A DNA stretch of 64,000 nucleotides from a virus: the IMG/VR virus record IMGVR_UViG_3300034062_002027; one strand, 5' to 3'. Of the stretch, positions 25,444 through 35,450 are shown in pieces. The notes under the pieces were generated by a model, which saw only the letters and a list, made by a program, of their open reading frames with translations, searched no databases and had not been told where the DNA came from. The number at the start of each line of letters is the position of its first letter. Positions within the stretch are counted from its first letter, which is position 1. The position numbers and the translations under genes are program-made.

Positions 25444-25649
25444 AAAAAGAAATCAAGGCATGGGCCATCAAAGCCAGAGGGCGCAGCTTCTACCAAGACA
25501 CCTATGGCATTCCCTTTCTGTATCCAACGCGCCGTCTTGCAGCGGAACAAGCCGATAGGATTGCGGACTGGAAGAACAGGAACCCGATGAACAGAAGCCG
25601 ATCAACCGAAGTAGTCCGCGTCAGAGTACGCATAGAGGAGATAACATGA
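25440..25649 (+). CDS. hypothetical protein (69 aa)
   Basis: ATGA coupling with the upstream gene. Confidence 0.45.
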   Translation: MKKEIKAWAIKARGRSFYQDTYGIPFLYPTRRLAAEQADRIADWKNRNPMNRSRSTEVVRVRVRIEEIT

Positions 25650-25695
25650 TCGACGTATACCCAACCCGCATTGAGGCTGTAGACGAGGAAAAGAA

Positions 25696-25887
25696 ATGAA
25701 CCCGTTTGAATGGAAGAAAGACCCACGCCCAAGCATCTTTATGAAGGATGCTGCGTTTAAACCAAGAGCCGCGCAGACCTACGCTCACCTGACTCCAGCG
25801 GAAAACTTGGTGGCTTACAAAGCCTTCAGTATCCACAGTCGGGCGCACCCGAAAACCAAGCCAAGTTTAAACAAGCACGAAATTTGA
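25696..25887 (+). CDS. hypothetical protein (63 aa)
   Basis: ORF-track ORF with GAGGAAAAG upstream. Confidence 0.45.
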   Translation: MNPFEWKKDPRPSIFMKDAAFKPRAAQTYAHLTPAENLVAYKAFSIHSRAHPKTKPSLNKHEI

Positions 25888-25898
25888 AAGGATTTATC

Positions 25899-26222
25899 AT
25901 GCAAGAAGATTTGTTTAGCGCATCAGAGAAGGGCTATGCCGCTGCACAAGCATCGGCTGAACGAGCCGACCGCGAGATTGATGATTGGACACTGAAGGCT
26001 GTGGCCTTGTTTTCCGAATACGCAGTAAAGGCGCAGTCTCCATTCCTCACGGAGGAGGCCCGGGTGTTTGCCGAGTCCCATGGACTGCCAAGCCCCCCGG
26101 ATGGTCGAGCTTGGGGGCACATAGCCAAGCGCTGCCAACGCGACGGCACAATCATCTCTGCTGGCTTTGGAGCAGCCAAATCATCCAACGGATCACCCAA
26201 AGTTTTGTGGAAAAGAAAATGA
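25899..26222 (+). CDS. hypothetical protein (107 aa)
   Basis: ATG at 25899 follows AAAGGA. The track start at 25884 is a non-ATG codon. Confidence 0.5.
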   Translation: MQEDLFSASEKGYAAAQASAERADREIDDWTLKAVALFSEYAVKAQSPFLTEEARVFAESHGLPSPPDGRAWGHIAKRCQRDGTIISAGFGAAKSSNGSPKVLWKRK

Positions 26223-26407
26223 ACACAAACAAGATGCAGGAGTTTCTAGGGAAAGAATCTGTGGAAAACGATGAAGGCTGGTCGGAAGAAGTCTGGGGTG
26301 CTGGATACAAAGCTGCGGTAGCCGATGCAATCGATATGTTTAAATCTCTTGGCAGGGTTCCCTTTGCGGCGGATGAGGTGGTCACGCAGCTTGAGAAGCT
26401 TAAGTGA
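26219..26407 (+). CDS. hypothetical protein (62 aa)
   Basis: Internal ATG at 26219 overlaps the upstream stop (ATGA). Confidence 0.5.
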   Translation: MNTNKMQEFLGKESVENDEGWSEEVWGAGYKAAVADAIDMFKSLGRVPFAADEVVTQLEKLK

Positions 26408-26640
26408 GATGCCCCGAGTGCGGGACAAAGGTCTTTGACGTTCTGGAGACTCGAACCAGAAAGAAAGACGGAGTTGTTGTCAGGCGCAAAGAATGCGGCA
26501 ACGGCCACAGATTCACAACCGAGGAGAGAATAGTTGTATCGAAACCAAAAGCTATTAGAAGCAGTGAGGAGCTGTCCCTGTCAGGCGTGTGGAGCGCAAG
26601 ACGGTACGGTGGTGGCGGCTCACTCGAACCAACTGATTGA
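26404..26640 (+). CDS. NrdR-like zinc-ribbon protein (no ATP-cone)
   Basis: MRCPECGTKVFDVLETRTRKKDGVVVRRKECGNGHRFTTEE parallels the NrdR N-terminal zinc ribbon. GTG start with a GTGA overlap. The last ~107 nt overlap the next gene. Confidence 0.45.
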   Translation: MRCPECGTKVFDVLETRTRKKDGVVVRRKECGNGHRFTTEERIVVSKPKAIRSSEELSLSGVWSARRYGGGGSLEPTD

Positions 26641-26824
26641 CGGCAAGGGCAGAGGCCTCAAGGCCCATGACTACCGGATAGCAGCCCTGTGCTACCGGTG
26701 TCATGCCGAGTTGGACCAAGGATCAAAGATGTCTAAGCAAGAGCGTGTAAACATGTTCAATGAAGCCCATCGGTCAACGATAGGCTGGCTCTTCGAGAAC
26801 AACATCATTGGGCTTGTGCGATAG
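26534..26824 (+). CDS. DUF1364/YbcO-like putative nuclease
   Basis: LLEAVRSCPCQACGAQDGTVVAAHSN...GKGRGLKAHDYRIAALCYRCHAELD matches the prophage YbcO-type Cys/His pattern. TTG start. Confidence 0.55.
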   Translation: MYRNQKLLEAVRSCPCQACGAQDGTVVAAHSNQLIDGKGRGLKAHDYRIAALCYRCHAELDQGSKMSKQERVNMFNEAHRSTIGWLFENNIIGLVR

Positions 26825-29800
26825 CCTTTTTGATCTCTTGGATGTTTGAGGTGATTGCGCTTTCCACTCGGCTGATTTCCAGCAGGGAGTCCCGCTTCTC
26901 ATCTGCGGTCATCGTGGATGCCCTAATGGCTACCCGCATCTCCCGCAGGTCTGTCATGGTCTTCTCGGTGTCCCGAACATAGTCCTTGAATGCCAGAGTG
27001 CCTTGGTTCTTAATCAGGTACTCCGTGTATTCTTCGGGCTGGTCGGTCTTCTCGAGCAGGTTCATGGTCCTGACGGTCGTGTCCACTGCGTCCTTGAGTT
27101 CGTAGTACTGCGTCACAAACCCACGGGCCTCTGGATCAGAGGCAAACCTCTTGATGACGGGAAGCTGCTCAAACCTTTTGCTGGGCTTTGGGCTGTCCCC
27201 GAACTGATCCATCACGATGTCGATGGTGTCAATCGCGTACATGCCGATTGTCCCCGTGTAGCCCTTGATGATGTGATCTACCTTCATGGGTGACAGGCCC
27301 AAGTTCTGAGCAAGCAGCTTGGCAAAGTTGGATGTGCTTGGCCCAACCTGAAACTCTGGCTCAATGTCCTTCATGCCCTGCCCGAGGATCGGACGCATCG
27401 TGAACATGTTGTAGTCAACGTACGCCTCGAGTATTGGCTTGACGGTCTGCGGGATTGGGTTGAAAGCAAACGTCGAGACTGCGGCCCTTATCATGGACTT
27501 CTGCAAGTCCTCACCCGTGTCATTGCCGAATGAGTAGGCCATGATCCGCTCGGGGATCACCTTGAACAACACACCCACCTCGAACGGGATTGGAATCTTT
27601 GCGCCAATGGCGGGGATGATCCAGTTGTTGTCCTTGGTCTCTTGCTCCTGCTTCTTGTACTCCTCGTCATCCGAGACCAGCATCCAGTACAGACCCGACA
27701 GGGCCATCATGGTCATGCCACGCGCAAAGAACTGGCGCTGGATAGATTCAGCGTCCTTGTTGTTCATGTTGCCTGTGGAGGCGCGGTAGAACAAATCCAG
27801 ACCCTGTAGACGGGCGTTGAAGAACGGAACGGCGGCGGTCAGCACCCGGATCAAGGGAGAGCTTCCCTTGCGGTGGAAGTTCATCACCTCCAGAGATCGG
27901 TACAGGGCCTCTGCCTCGTTGCCCGTGTCGGCCAGAACACGCTCATAGATCAAGGCGCGGGTAGCTGCATCGGAGGCTGTTGTGCCTTTACCCAGAGCGT
28001 CCCAGACGGATGTAAACGGGCGAAGATAGATTGGGTCTTTCTTGCCTGCTTTCTTGGCCAAGTCGTCTTCCAGTTTAAACCCGGACTGCTCGATGTTCTC
28101 GCTGAACTCGTAGCCGCCAATGATGCCAGCGTCCAGCATCGCCTCGAAGCCGGGAGACTTGCGTGCAAGCCCTTTGCCGAAATTGATGACCGTACCTGCG
28201 ATGGGCGTCATCTTTGTGCCCGAAGTCACCCACGCAGACAGTGAGTCACGCATCATGTTTGCCATCATGAACCCCGGCTCCTTGGTCACCAAGTTACGCA
28301 GGAGGTCGGCTGGCGCAGACAGGAAGCCCATGAAGGGCAGCTCTGACTGGTTCAGGCTCATCATGGCGTTTACAAGCAATGGGTCCGGCGTGCGGTAGGA
28401 GACAAGGTTTCCCTTCTCCAGCACGTTAATGATGTCAGGCCCATCCTCTTTTGTATTTAAACGTACAGCGCCCATACCCGGTGCTTGGACCTGCACCGCC
28501 ACGTCAAGCGCTCTTTGAGCTGCGTAGTTCTTGATGCCAGCCTGAATGGAGGACTGAGTGTTACGCACCATCGTCTCGAGGAAGTCTGCCAGCGGGGCTT
28601 CATCAGCAACGGCTCCCTTGAGCTTCTTCGGTGGCTTAACCCCAGACAGAGACTGGAACAGGTTTGGCCCGAGGGTCTTGTCCCCGTCCATCTGACGATA
28701 GAAGGGGATGTAGTCGGCGTACTTGGTATATATCTGGCCGCGCTCTTTGGAAAGAACACCCGTGTCCACCATGTACTGAACCAGCCCGTTGTTGAAGGCA
28801 ATCAGGTCTTTCTGAACGCTGACAAATTCAGGGTGCTTCTGCTCAAGAATCTTTGCAAAGGCCACGTCGGCGCTATCGATACCGGTCAGCGTGCCTTGTT
28901 TGTTTAAACGTTGTCCACGCTTAACCATCGCCCAGTATTGATAACGCTGGTAGACCGCTGGATCACCACGCTCAGCCAAAGGAGCAAGAGAGGCGATCAA
29001 GCCTTTGACTCTCTTGTCGATGGTGGTGATGCCGTTACGCAGGACAGGGATGCCGCCGTTGCGATCATCAAAGCCCATGGCAGAAGCCGCAACACCAGCG
29101 CCAAGGTCAGACATCAACGCAGCAGACTCTGCGCTCTGATCTGCAAGGAGGGCAGCCCCGCCCATTTGCTCTGCCCTCTTCTTGTCATAGACAGACATCT
29201 GGTTGTAGCGGTTGAGGTACTTCGCACGGAAGTCGGCAGCGCTGGCTGGCGTGATGGCATCAACAATGTTCTGGATGACAGTCTTGCGTTCGCGCCTTGA
29301 TGTGGTCTCACCCATCCGGTCCTGAAGATTCTGCGGGATGGTTGGCAAGCTGAACCGCATGTCCTTGGACTCGCGGCTGAAGTCACCAATGTTGCCAGTG
29401 ATGGACTTGACCTGCTCTGCTTTAAACACAGCGAGGTTCTTCTCACCACCCTCATTGACGAAGAAAGAATCAAAGCCCAAAGCCTTGATGGCGTCTTGAA
29501 CCTGCTTGTCCTCAATGTTTTCCCAGTGGCCTTGATTAAAGAACGCAGGCTGCTTGCCTTTGAGTGTCTTGTCCCCGGCCATTCTGTTCATGACCTGCTG
29601 CACATGTTCGGGGTTTTCGTAGTCAAACGGCGTCTCGGCTCTCACCCAAAGCGGGTACACGTTTACAGACTCACCCTTTTCAGCACGCCTGCCGCCATAA
29701 CGCTCAGCCTCTTCTGCGCTTGGGCTGACAAAGATTGGCTTGTTCTCGCGGAACTGCGTAAATATGTCTTGCGATCCATGAAACATTGGGACTGCGCGGC

Positions 29801-32800
29801 CCTCGTCCATGATAGTGCTGCCACCAAAGAAGAGCTTGAACTCTCTGGTTGATGGCGGGGCCTTGTCGTAAGCTGCGTCTTCAGCTTCCTTGGCAGTTGG
29901 AAAGCTGGTGCGTAGGCTTAGCTTTGCGCCTTTGGTAGGCTCTCCACCAGCTTCTTGAGTGTCAGATATCTCTGATCGGGATTCATCCCCACGGTCAGCT
30001 CTTTTATCGAAGACCACACTTGGTCTTGCTCGTCCAGAACCCTGATCGGCTTGGGCGATGATTGCTTCTTCGTATCCGATGTCATCTGCTTTTCTCCCGC
30101 TAAGTTTTTCATACAAGCGTTTCTCATAGTACCAAAGAGCGGCTTGAATGTCAGCCAAACTTAAGTTGATGTTTTCTTTGCGCAACAAGGCCTGAGCCTT
30201 GCGTGCTGCGTCGTACATAAACTTTCTGTCGGTTGCTGTAAACGGAGCCTCCTCCAGCATTTCAAACTCGTTTTTGTAAATGGTGTTAGCCATCTTTTCG
30301 AGGTTGTGTTCAAACAGCAATTGCTCGTAGGCATCACCAGCCACTTCCTCTGCCTTCTTAAACCAAGCTGGCTTGGCATCTTTGGTGGCTGGCTCTTTGG
30401 CTCCGGCCAAATGCTCAAGTTCACTGTTCCAGCCGTACTCCTCATACTTGTTGCGCAGAGGAATGGTGGCTGCAGCAACCTCATCACGGGTTGCATCAGG
30501 CGCTTCCATCATGTCGCGGAACTTACTGATGGACGCCTCTGTGGCTTTAGGAATAAGCAAGCCGCGCATACGGTTGATGGATCGTGTCCACCACAGGTCC
30601 ATCGTCAGGTAGCCCTCGGAACCAGACAAGTTGGCGTAGAAAGCACCAAGCTTGGGGCCGAAGTAAACCGCTGCCGCCGGAACGACTGTGTTGGCAAGAT
30701 AGCTGCCATCAGCTTTCTCACCCATCTCCCGCAGACGGGCGTTCATTTCTTTAACGGTGATCTCTTGAAGTAAAACTTTCTCAAAGTTCTCGCCGTGGTC
30801 GGCCATCAAGTTTTCAATGACCTTAAGGTTGTTCTCGAGTGCAGTGGCCCGTCGGTTGCCCATTGCAACCAAAGGCTTGCCCTTGCGGAGTTCGCTGTAA
30901 AGCTTGATGGCGTTGTCAATATTCTTGGCAACACGCTCCCCGTTGGAAGTCACGGCCACAATCGCAGAAAAAACTGACCGAGCATATTTGCTTGTGCTCA
31001 ACTCAGGGAAACGCTTGCCCAAACGTTTAACGGCGTTTGGATAGTTGTTGGAATACCAACCTAAACCTGTACCAGTCTTGGAGGATGTCTGTAACTGGTA
31101 GGCAACCTCGTCGGCAATCGCTTCCGCAATTCTTGTGGACTCGTCTTGAGTCAGCTTGTTGCGATCCATCGCGCCAAGCTGGTCCAAGGTCTGTTGGTTC
31201 AGAGCCTTGGCAATGTCCCGGACGTTGTTAAAACGACCGCGCTTGGCTTCGGTGTTTAAACCAATATCTTGCTGCGCCACGGCAGTCTGGTTCTCCATGA
31301 GCTTGCGCGTGGACATCGGGACGCCTTCACCCGCAAGGCTGTACTTGGCTTTAGGAGTCTCTTTGGTAGGCTCCTCTTTAGCTTGTACCGCTGGCCCTTT
31401 CTCGGCAGGTTCTTTTGCCTTGACGGGTTCTTTTGGCTCAGCCTTGGGTTCAGCCTTTACTTCAGCCTTTGGCTTGCGGGACTTCAACTCGCCACGCTCA
31501 ACACGCTGGAACACATCATCCGCAGACTCAAAGCCTGCACCACGCAGAGCTTGGCCGAAGTTCAGGAAGAAGTTCTTGAGCTTCTTAAACAGGGCCGCAA
31601 TCATGCCGGGGGGCGGCGTAGCGCCCCTGTCGTAAGCCCCGAAGGCATCGGCAATAGCTTCCTCAACAATCGCCTCCTGCGTGTACCCCAGCCTCTTGTA
31701 GGCATCCAGACGGCTCATGCTCTGTGGCTTGCCGTCCACCTCAATCACAGACTGTTGATCTTGCAGGTACTCCTTGATCCACTGCTTGTTTGCACGCTCA
31801 GTCAGAGCCTTCCATTGCTGCGGGGTGAAGAACTGCAAGTCCTTCAGCGCATGCAGGGATTCATGGCGCATTGTCTGGATTGGGGCGTCCCCCCTCAAGG
31901 AGATGTCAATCAGTCTATCCAGAGAGCTATATCTGCCGCCTGCGTCGTTCTCAATCTTTGCAACAACGTTTAAACCCACATCTTGCAGGCCAAACTTAGC
32001 CAGCATGGGCGTTAACGTATTTTTAAGTTGCGTAACGCGGTCGTCGGTCTTTGCTTGTGCCTGCTGCTCAGCTTGTTTAAACGTCTCGGGCTCGATCTCC
32101 CGGAGCTTTGTCTCGGCGTCTTGCAACGTTGGAAATGCGCCAATCTCTTGGTCGCCACGCCTTACAACGTAGTCACTCTGCACATCGGTGCGAGAGCCAA
32201 CAGGCGCGACGGTTAGGGGGGTGGAGTAGCTGGCGATCCGGTCGTTAAGTTCCGCAACCTGCTGGGCAGCCTCCTCCTCTCGCTGGAGCAGAGCTTCTCT
32301 ACTTTGCACATATTGGTCGGTGTCTGTCTGGCCTGTGGCCTCCAGAACATCCAGCTTGCGCCGCTCAGCAAGGATTTCTTTGTCGATCTTGTCGGACTCA
32401 GCAAGCAAACGGGCTTGCTCTTCAGCGCGAATCTCTGTCAGGGTCTGAAGCTTGGCTTGCGCCTCTTCCTGCGTTTTAACGGTGCTCAAAGGCTTGTCTG
32501 CGCCTTCAGGGAAGATGCCATAAGACTCAGGCACATCCTGACGAGACAACTCTCTGCGGGTTGCTGTGTAGCCACCGGGGAACTCTGTGGGAGCTTCTGG
32601 CTCTTTAACCTCTACAGGCTTGGTCTCGCCAAACCCTTTGCGGAACTCTGCCTCTTCCTGTTTGAATGCGTCAACCTCCTTGGCAGCTTGTTCTGATTCA
32701 CTGCGCCGTGGTGCAAGCGCTCCAGCAGCGCCGCCAATGCCAGCAGCACCAAGCGTAGCCATTGCCGCAGTTTCTCCAGTACCGGCCAACAACTCCCGAT

Positions 32801-33716
32801 CAAGTCCAGCTTGTCGCGCAGCAACGTTTTGCGCAATACGACCGCCAACTTCTTCGATGTTCTCGCTGGGAATTTCTTTAAGAGCAGTTACAGCGCCCGA
32901 GCCAATGCGGCTTCCGGTAATTTTTTTGCCAGCCAAAATTTCTTCAAGAGCCTTGCCGCCGGGGAGGTATCGGTTTGCCAAGACGGATAGTCCGTAGCCA
33001 GTCAAACCAGCAGCGCGTGCCTTGTTAATTGTCTCGGCAGCAGCTTGCTCTTCAGACATGCCTTTGGCGCGAAGCTCGCCGTAGATTTCGTCATATGACC
33101 CTGCGCCTATGTCTGAGCCCTGCATGACAGCGTTAGTTTGAACGGCGGCAGTGGTTCCAGCCTTGGCTCCAGCACTCTTGCCTGCGGCAGCGGCAGCTTC
33201 TTTGGTAGCACCCTTTGCCAAAGCGGCAGCAGAGGCTCGTCCAGCGGTCAAGGCGGCAGTAGCACCGCCGGTCAAAATCATTGGGAGAATGTTTGGAACT
33301 TGCTCGGCAATGAAAGATGTAAACAAAGCCGGGTCAGTGATGGTTTCACCAAAGCCAGCTTTAAACGCAGAAAACTGACCTTCCTTCTCTGCTTCTTGTA
33401 CCTTGGCAGCACGCTCAGCTTCACGGGCCTTCAAACCCGCAGACTTCATCTCTTCGCCGTATTTGGCAATATCTTCCCCGAGGCCCAATGCGCCAGTCTT
33501 GGAGAAGTTGCCTGTAGCTAAGCCGTAAAGCTGGCCGGGAAGCTGAACAAGAGAGCCAGCGCCAGACACAAGTCCAGCGCCAACATCTTTAAAAGCTTCG
33601 CCAACCGTGCGCTCTTTGGAAGCGGGTGCTGCGGGTGGTTGAGCAATCTTGTCTTGGCTCCACCACTCGTTTTTATCCTTAACGATGGTGTCTTTTTCCC
33701 AGAAGTTATCAGCCAT
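26805..33716 (-). CDS. giant multidomain virion/ejection protein (2303 aa), polyvalent-protein-like
   Basis: Single uninterrupted ORF with a Gly/Ala-rich N-terminal region. HExxH (MRHESLHALKD) is encoded at 31851-31865. A possible ART-like segment (VPMFHGSQDIF...FVSPS...NLAVFKAE) lies around 29390-29830. It is the last gene of the late block. Confidence 0.8.
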   Translation of the reverse strand: MADNFWEKDTIVKDKNEWWSQDKIAQPPAAPASKERTVGEAFKDVGAGLVSGAGSLVQLPGQLYGLATGNFSKTGALGLGEDIAKYGEEMKSAGLKAREAERAAKVQEAEKEGQFSAFKAGFGETITDPALFTSFIAEQVPNILPMILTGGATAALTAGRASAAALAKGATKEAAAAAGKSAGAKAGTTAAVQTNAVMQGSDIGAGSYDEIYGELRAKGMSEEQAAAETINKARAAGLTGYGLSVLANRYLPGGKALEEILAGKKITGSRIGSGAVTALKEIPSENIEEVGGRIAQNVAARQAGLDRELLAGTGETAAMATLGAAGIGGAAGALAPRRSESEQAAKEVDAFKQEEAEFRKGFGETKPVEVKEPEAPTEFPGGYTATRRELSRQDVPESYGIFPEGADKPLSTVKTQEEAQAKLQTLTEIRAEEQARLLAESDKIDKEILAERRKLDVLEATGQTDTDQYVQSREALLQREEEAAQQVAELNDRIASYSTPLTVAPVGSRTDVQSDYVVRRGDQEIGAFPTLQDAETKLREIEPETFKQAEQQAQAKTDDRVTQLKNTLTPMLAKFGLQDVGLNVVAKIENDAGGRYSSLDRLIDISLRGDAPIQTMRHESLHALKDLQFFTPQQWKALTERANKQWIKEYLQDQQSVIEVDGKPQSMSRLDAYKRLGYTQEAIVEEAIADAFGAYDRGATPPPGMIAALFKKLKNFFLNFGQALRGAGFESADDVFQRVERGELKSRKPKAEVKAEPKAEPKEPVKAKEPAEKGPAVQAKEEPTKETPKAKYSLAGEGVPMSTRKLMENQTAVAQQDIGLNTEAKRGRFNNVRDIAKALNQQTLDQLGAMDRNKLTQDESTRIAEAIADEVAYQLQTSSKTGTGLGWYSNNYPNAVKRLGKRFPELSTSKYARSVFSAIVAVTSNGERVAKNIDNAIKLYSELRKGKPLVAMGNRRATALENNLKVIENLMADHGENFEKVLLQEITVKEMNARLREMGEKADGSYLANTVVPAAAVYFGPKLGAFYANLSGSEGYLTMDLWWTRSINRMRGLLIPKATEASISKFRDMMEAPDATRDEVAAATIPLRNKYEEYGWNSELEHLAGAKEPATKDAKPAWFKKAEEVAGDAYEQLLFEHNLEKMANTIYKNEFEMLEEAPFTATDRKFMYDAARKAQALLRKENINLSLADIQAALWYYEKRLYEKLSGRKADDIGYEEAIIAQADQGSGRARPSVVFDKRADRGDESRSEISDTQEAGGEPTKGAKLSLRTSFPTAKEAEDAAYDKAPPSTREFKLFFGGSTIMDEGRAVPMFHGSQDIFTQFRENKPIFVSPSAEEAERYGGRRAEKGESVNVYPLWVRAETPFDYENPEHVQQVMNRMAGDKTLKGKQPAFFNQGHWENIEDKQVQDAIKALGFDSFFVNEGGEKNLAVFKAEQVKSITGNIGDFSRESKDMRFSLPTIPQNLQDRMGETTSRRERKTVIQNIVDAITPASAADFRAKYLNRYNQMSVYDKKRAEQMGGAALLADQSAESAALMSDLGAGVAASAMGFDDRNGGIPVLRNGITTIDKRVKGLIASLAPLAERGDPAVYQRYQYWAMVKRGQRLNKQGTLTGIDSADVAFAKILEQKHPEFVSVQKDLIAFNNGLVQYMVDTGVLSKERGQIYTKYADYIPFYRQMDGDKTLGPNLFQSLSGVKPPKKLKGAVADEAPLADFLETMVRNTQSSIQAGIKNYAAQRALDVAVQVQAPGMGAVRLNTKEDGPDIINVLEKGNLVSYRTPDPLLVNAMMSLNQSELPFMGFLSAPADLLRNLVTKEPGFMMANMMRDSLSAWVTSGTKMTPIAGTVINFGKGLARKSPGFEAMLDAGIIGGYEFSENIEQSGFKLEDDLAKKAGKKDPIYLRPFTSVWDALGKGTTASDAATRALIYERVLADTGNEAEALYRSLEVMNFHRKGSSPLIRVLTAAVPFFNARLQGLDLFYRASTGNMNNKDAESIQRQFFARGMTMMALSGLYWMLVSDDEEYKKQEQETKDNNWIIPAIGAKIPIPFEVGVLFKVIPERIMAYSFGNDTGEDLQKSMIRAAVSTFAFNPIPQTVKPILEAYVDYNMFTMRPILGQGMKDIEPEFQVGPSTSNFAKLLAQNLGLSPMKVDHIIKGYTGTIGMYAIDTIDIVMDQFGDSPKPSKRFEQLPVIKRFASDPEARGFVTQYYELKDAVDTTVRTMNLLEKTDQPEEYTEYLIKNQGTLAFKDYVRDTEKTMTDLREMRVAIRASTMTADEKRDSLLEISRVESAITSNIQEIKKAIAQAQ

Positions 33717-33719
33717 GAC

Positions 33720-35441
33720 TTACCCTTTGATTCGCGTTGTCCCGTCCGGTGCTATGTAGCTTGCGCCTTTTGGCAGAGCATCATACTGTGCCTTCGTGGT
33801 TGGCGTCCCACCACCGCCGCTGCCTCGCAGTATTTCTCGCTCCATGCGATCAAGCTCTGCAAGTCTCTTTGCTCCAATTTCTCCCGGCATGCCTGCGGCT
33901 TCAACTCTGGCTTTATAGATTGGCTCGAGCTTCATCTTTAGGATTTGATCCGTCTGGTTCTTGCCAGCACCCTTAAACTCATCAAGGCTGTCCAAAAGCA
34001 TCTGCGCTTGTTGTGTTTTACCCTCAGACTTGAGCTTTAGGAATTGAGCAAACAACTGTTGGTCTGGAGTGCCCCGAGCAGACTCTGCCATACGCAGCTT
34101 TTGAATTTCCATTTGGCTCAAGCGATCAAGAGCAGAATCAATGGCTCGTTGATCCACGCCAGCCATCTGAGCCAGCACTTCAGAGCGCGACTTCAGTCGG
34201 TCTTGGAATGACTTGTTGGCTTCTTTCATTGCGCCTGTACGAGCACCAAACAGCTCCTTACCGCCTTCGTACTCACGCTTGTCAACGTTTGTCAGGAGTT
34301 CGTTCTGGCGCTGCTCCATTGCCAACTCTTCAGCACGTCTTTGTTGTTGGTTTGCGGTGTAAGCCGGGGCCAAGCCAGACAGGCCTTTGTACTGACCCGA
34401 CTGACCAAACACACGAATCAGGTCATCCAAGCCAGAAGGACGAGTTTTCTCAAACGCAGCACGCTCACCAGCAGCACGTTGACGCTGCTCTTCCGAGCGC
34501 CTCTTCATGAAATCTTCTTGCATGGTCTCTGGAGACAGGGCCCTCTGCTCAGCAATGATGCCCTCTGGTGTTGGCGCGGCAATTGGTTTTGCCAAGTCTG
34601 CATTGACTTGAGTAAAGTAAGGAGAGCGTGCGGGAAGGGCTGTGGGCAAACCGCCTTGAGGAGCGGCAGGAGCAGCAGCCATTGGTGGGCGGGGAGGGCG
34701 TGGGGGAGCCTTGACCTCTGCTGCAGCCTTAACGCCACTTACAGGAACTGCGGCTTGAGGGCCAGCCATCATTGTGGCCTGAGCTTCAGACACCGGGCGG
34801 ACTGGTGGCCTTGTTTCTCTTGTCCTTCCGGTGGCTTTAAACTCTTCAAGTTCTGCACGAGCTGCGGCTTCTTGCGGTGCTCCAGCTTGGGCCAAAAAAG
34901 CCACTTTTTGTTCAAGTTCCGCCCGTTTTCTTGATAGCCGCTCTTCTCTCGCCTTTAGCTCCCTTGCACTCTCCGCAAGTTCTGACTCCATTATGTTTGA
35001 TGTGCCCATGGTGTCGCCGCCCGATTGAAACGCAACAATGCCGCCACCTGCATACTCAAACATATCGCTGCGCACAGGAATCCTTGCCAGACCACCACGA
35101 GCAGCCATCATGGGTGCTTCTGGCTGTGGCTCTGGCTGTGGGACGTTTTCAGGCGCAGGCATAGGGCCACGAGGCTGAGATATTTGCTGGGCCATTTTTT
35201 GCTGCTGCATTTGCTGCAAAGCCATTAAGCCAGCCCTCTGCTCAATCTGTTCTTTGACGCTTGGCTGTGGGCCTTGCATTCCGCCCTGAGCGGTAGCCAT
35301 TTGCTTGTTTGACAACTCGCGGCGCTGCAACTCTCCTAGCGCCAAGTAAGGAGGAACCTCTGGGTTCATGCCGTTGGCGTACTGCTTGATGACTGACTCA
35401 GGCAAGTCTTTTAGGCGTTCGTTAATTTGTACGAGGTTCAT
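33720..35441 (-). CDS. internal virion/ejection protein (573 aa)
   Basis: Q/A/P/M-rich low-complexity and coiled-coil regions. Contains the YAGGGIVAFQSGGD motif shared with neighbouring virion proteins. Confidence 0.6.
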   Translation of the reverse strand: MNLVQINERLKDLPESVIKQYANGMNPEVPPYLALGELQRRELSNKQMATAQGGMQGPQPSVKEQIEQRAGLMALQQMQQQKMAQQISQPRGPMPAPENVPQPEPQPEAPMMAARGGLARIPVRSDMFEYAGGGIVAFQSGGDTMGTSNIMESELAESARELKAREERLSRKRAELEQKVAFLAQAGAPQEAAARAELEEFKATGRTRETRPPVRPVSEAQATMMAGPQAAVPVSGVKAAAEVKAPPRPPRPPMAAAPAAPQGGLPTALPARSPYFTQVNADLAKPIAAPTPEGIIAEQRALSPETMQEDFMKRRSEEQRQRAAGERAAFEKTRPSGLDDLIRVFGQSGQYKGLSGLAPAYTANQQQRRAEELAMEQRQNELLTNVDKREYEGGKELFGARTGAMKEANKSFQDRLKSRSEVLAQMAGVDQRAIDSALDRLSQMEIQKLRMAESARGTPDQQLFAQFLKLKSEGKTQQAQMLLDSLDEFKGAGKNQTDQILKMKLEPIYKARVEAAGMPGEIGAKRLAELDRMEREILRGSGGGGTPTTKAQYDALPKGASYIAPDGTTRIKG

Positions 35442-35450
35442 GTTTTTTCC

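Noticed and set aside
25647-25698. 17-codon ORF (MIDVYPTRIEAVDEEKK) filling the gap between two small genes.
   Set aside because: It is too short and has no distinctive features. It cannot be supported from sequence alone.
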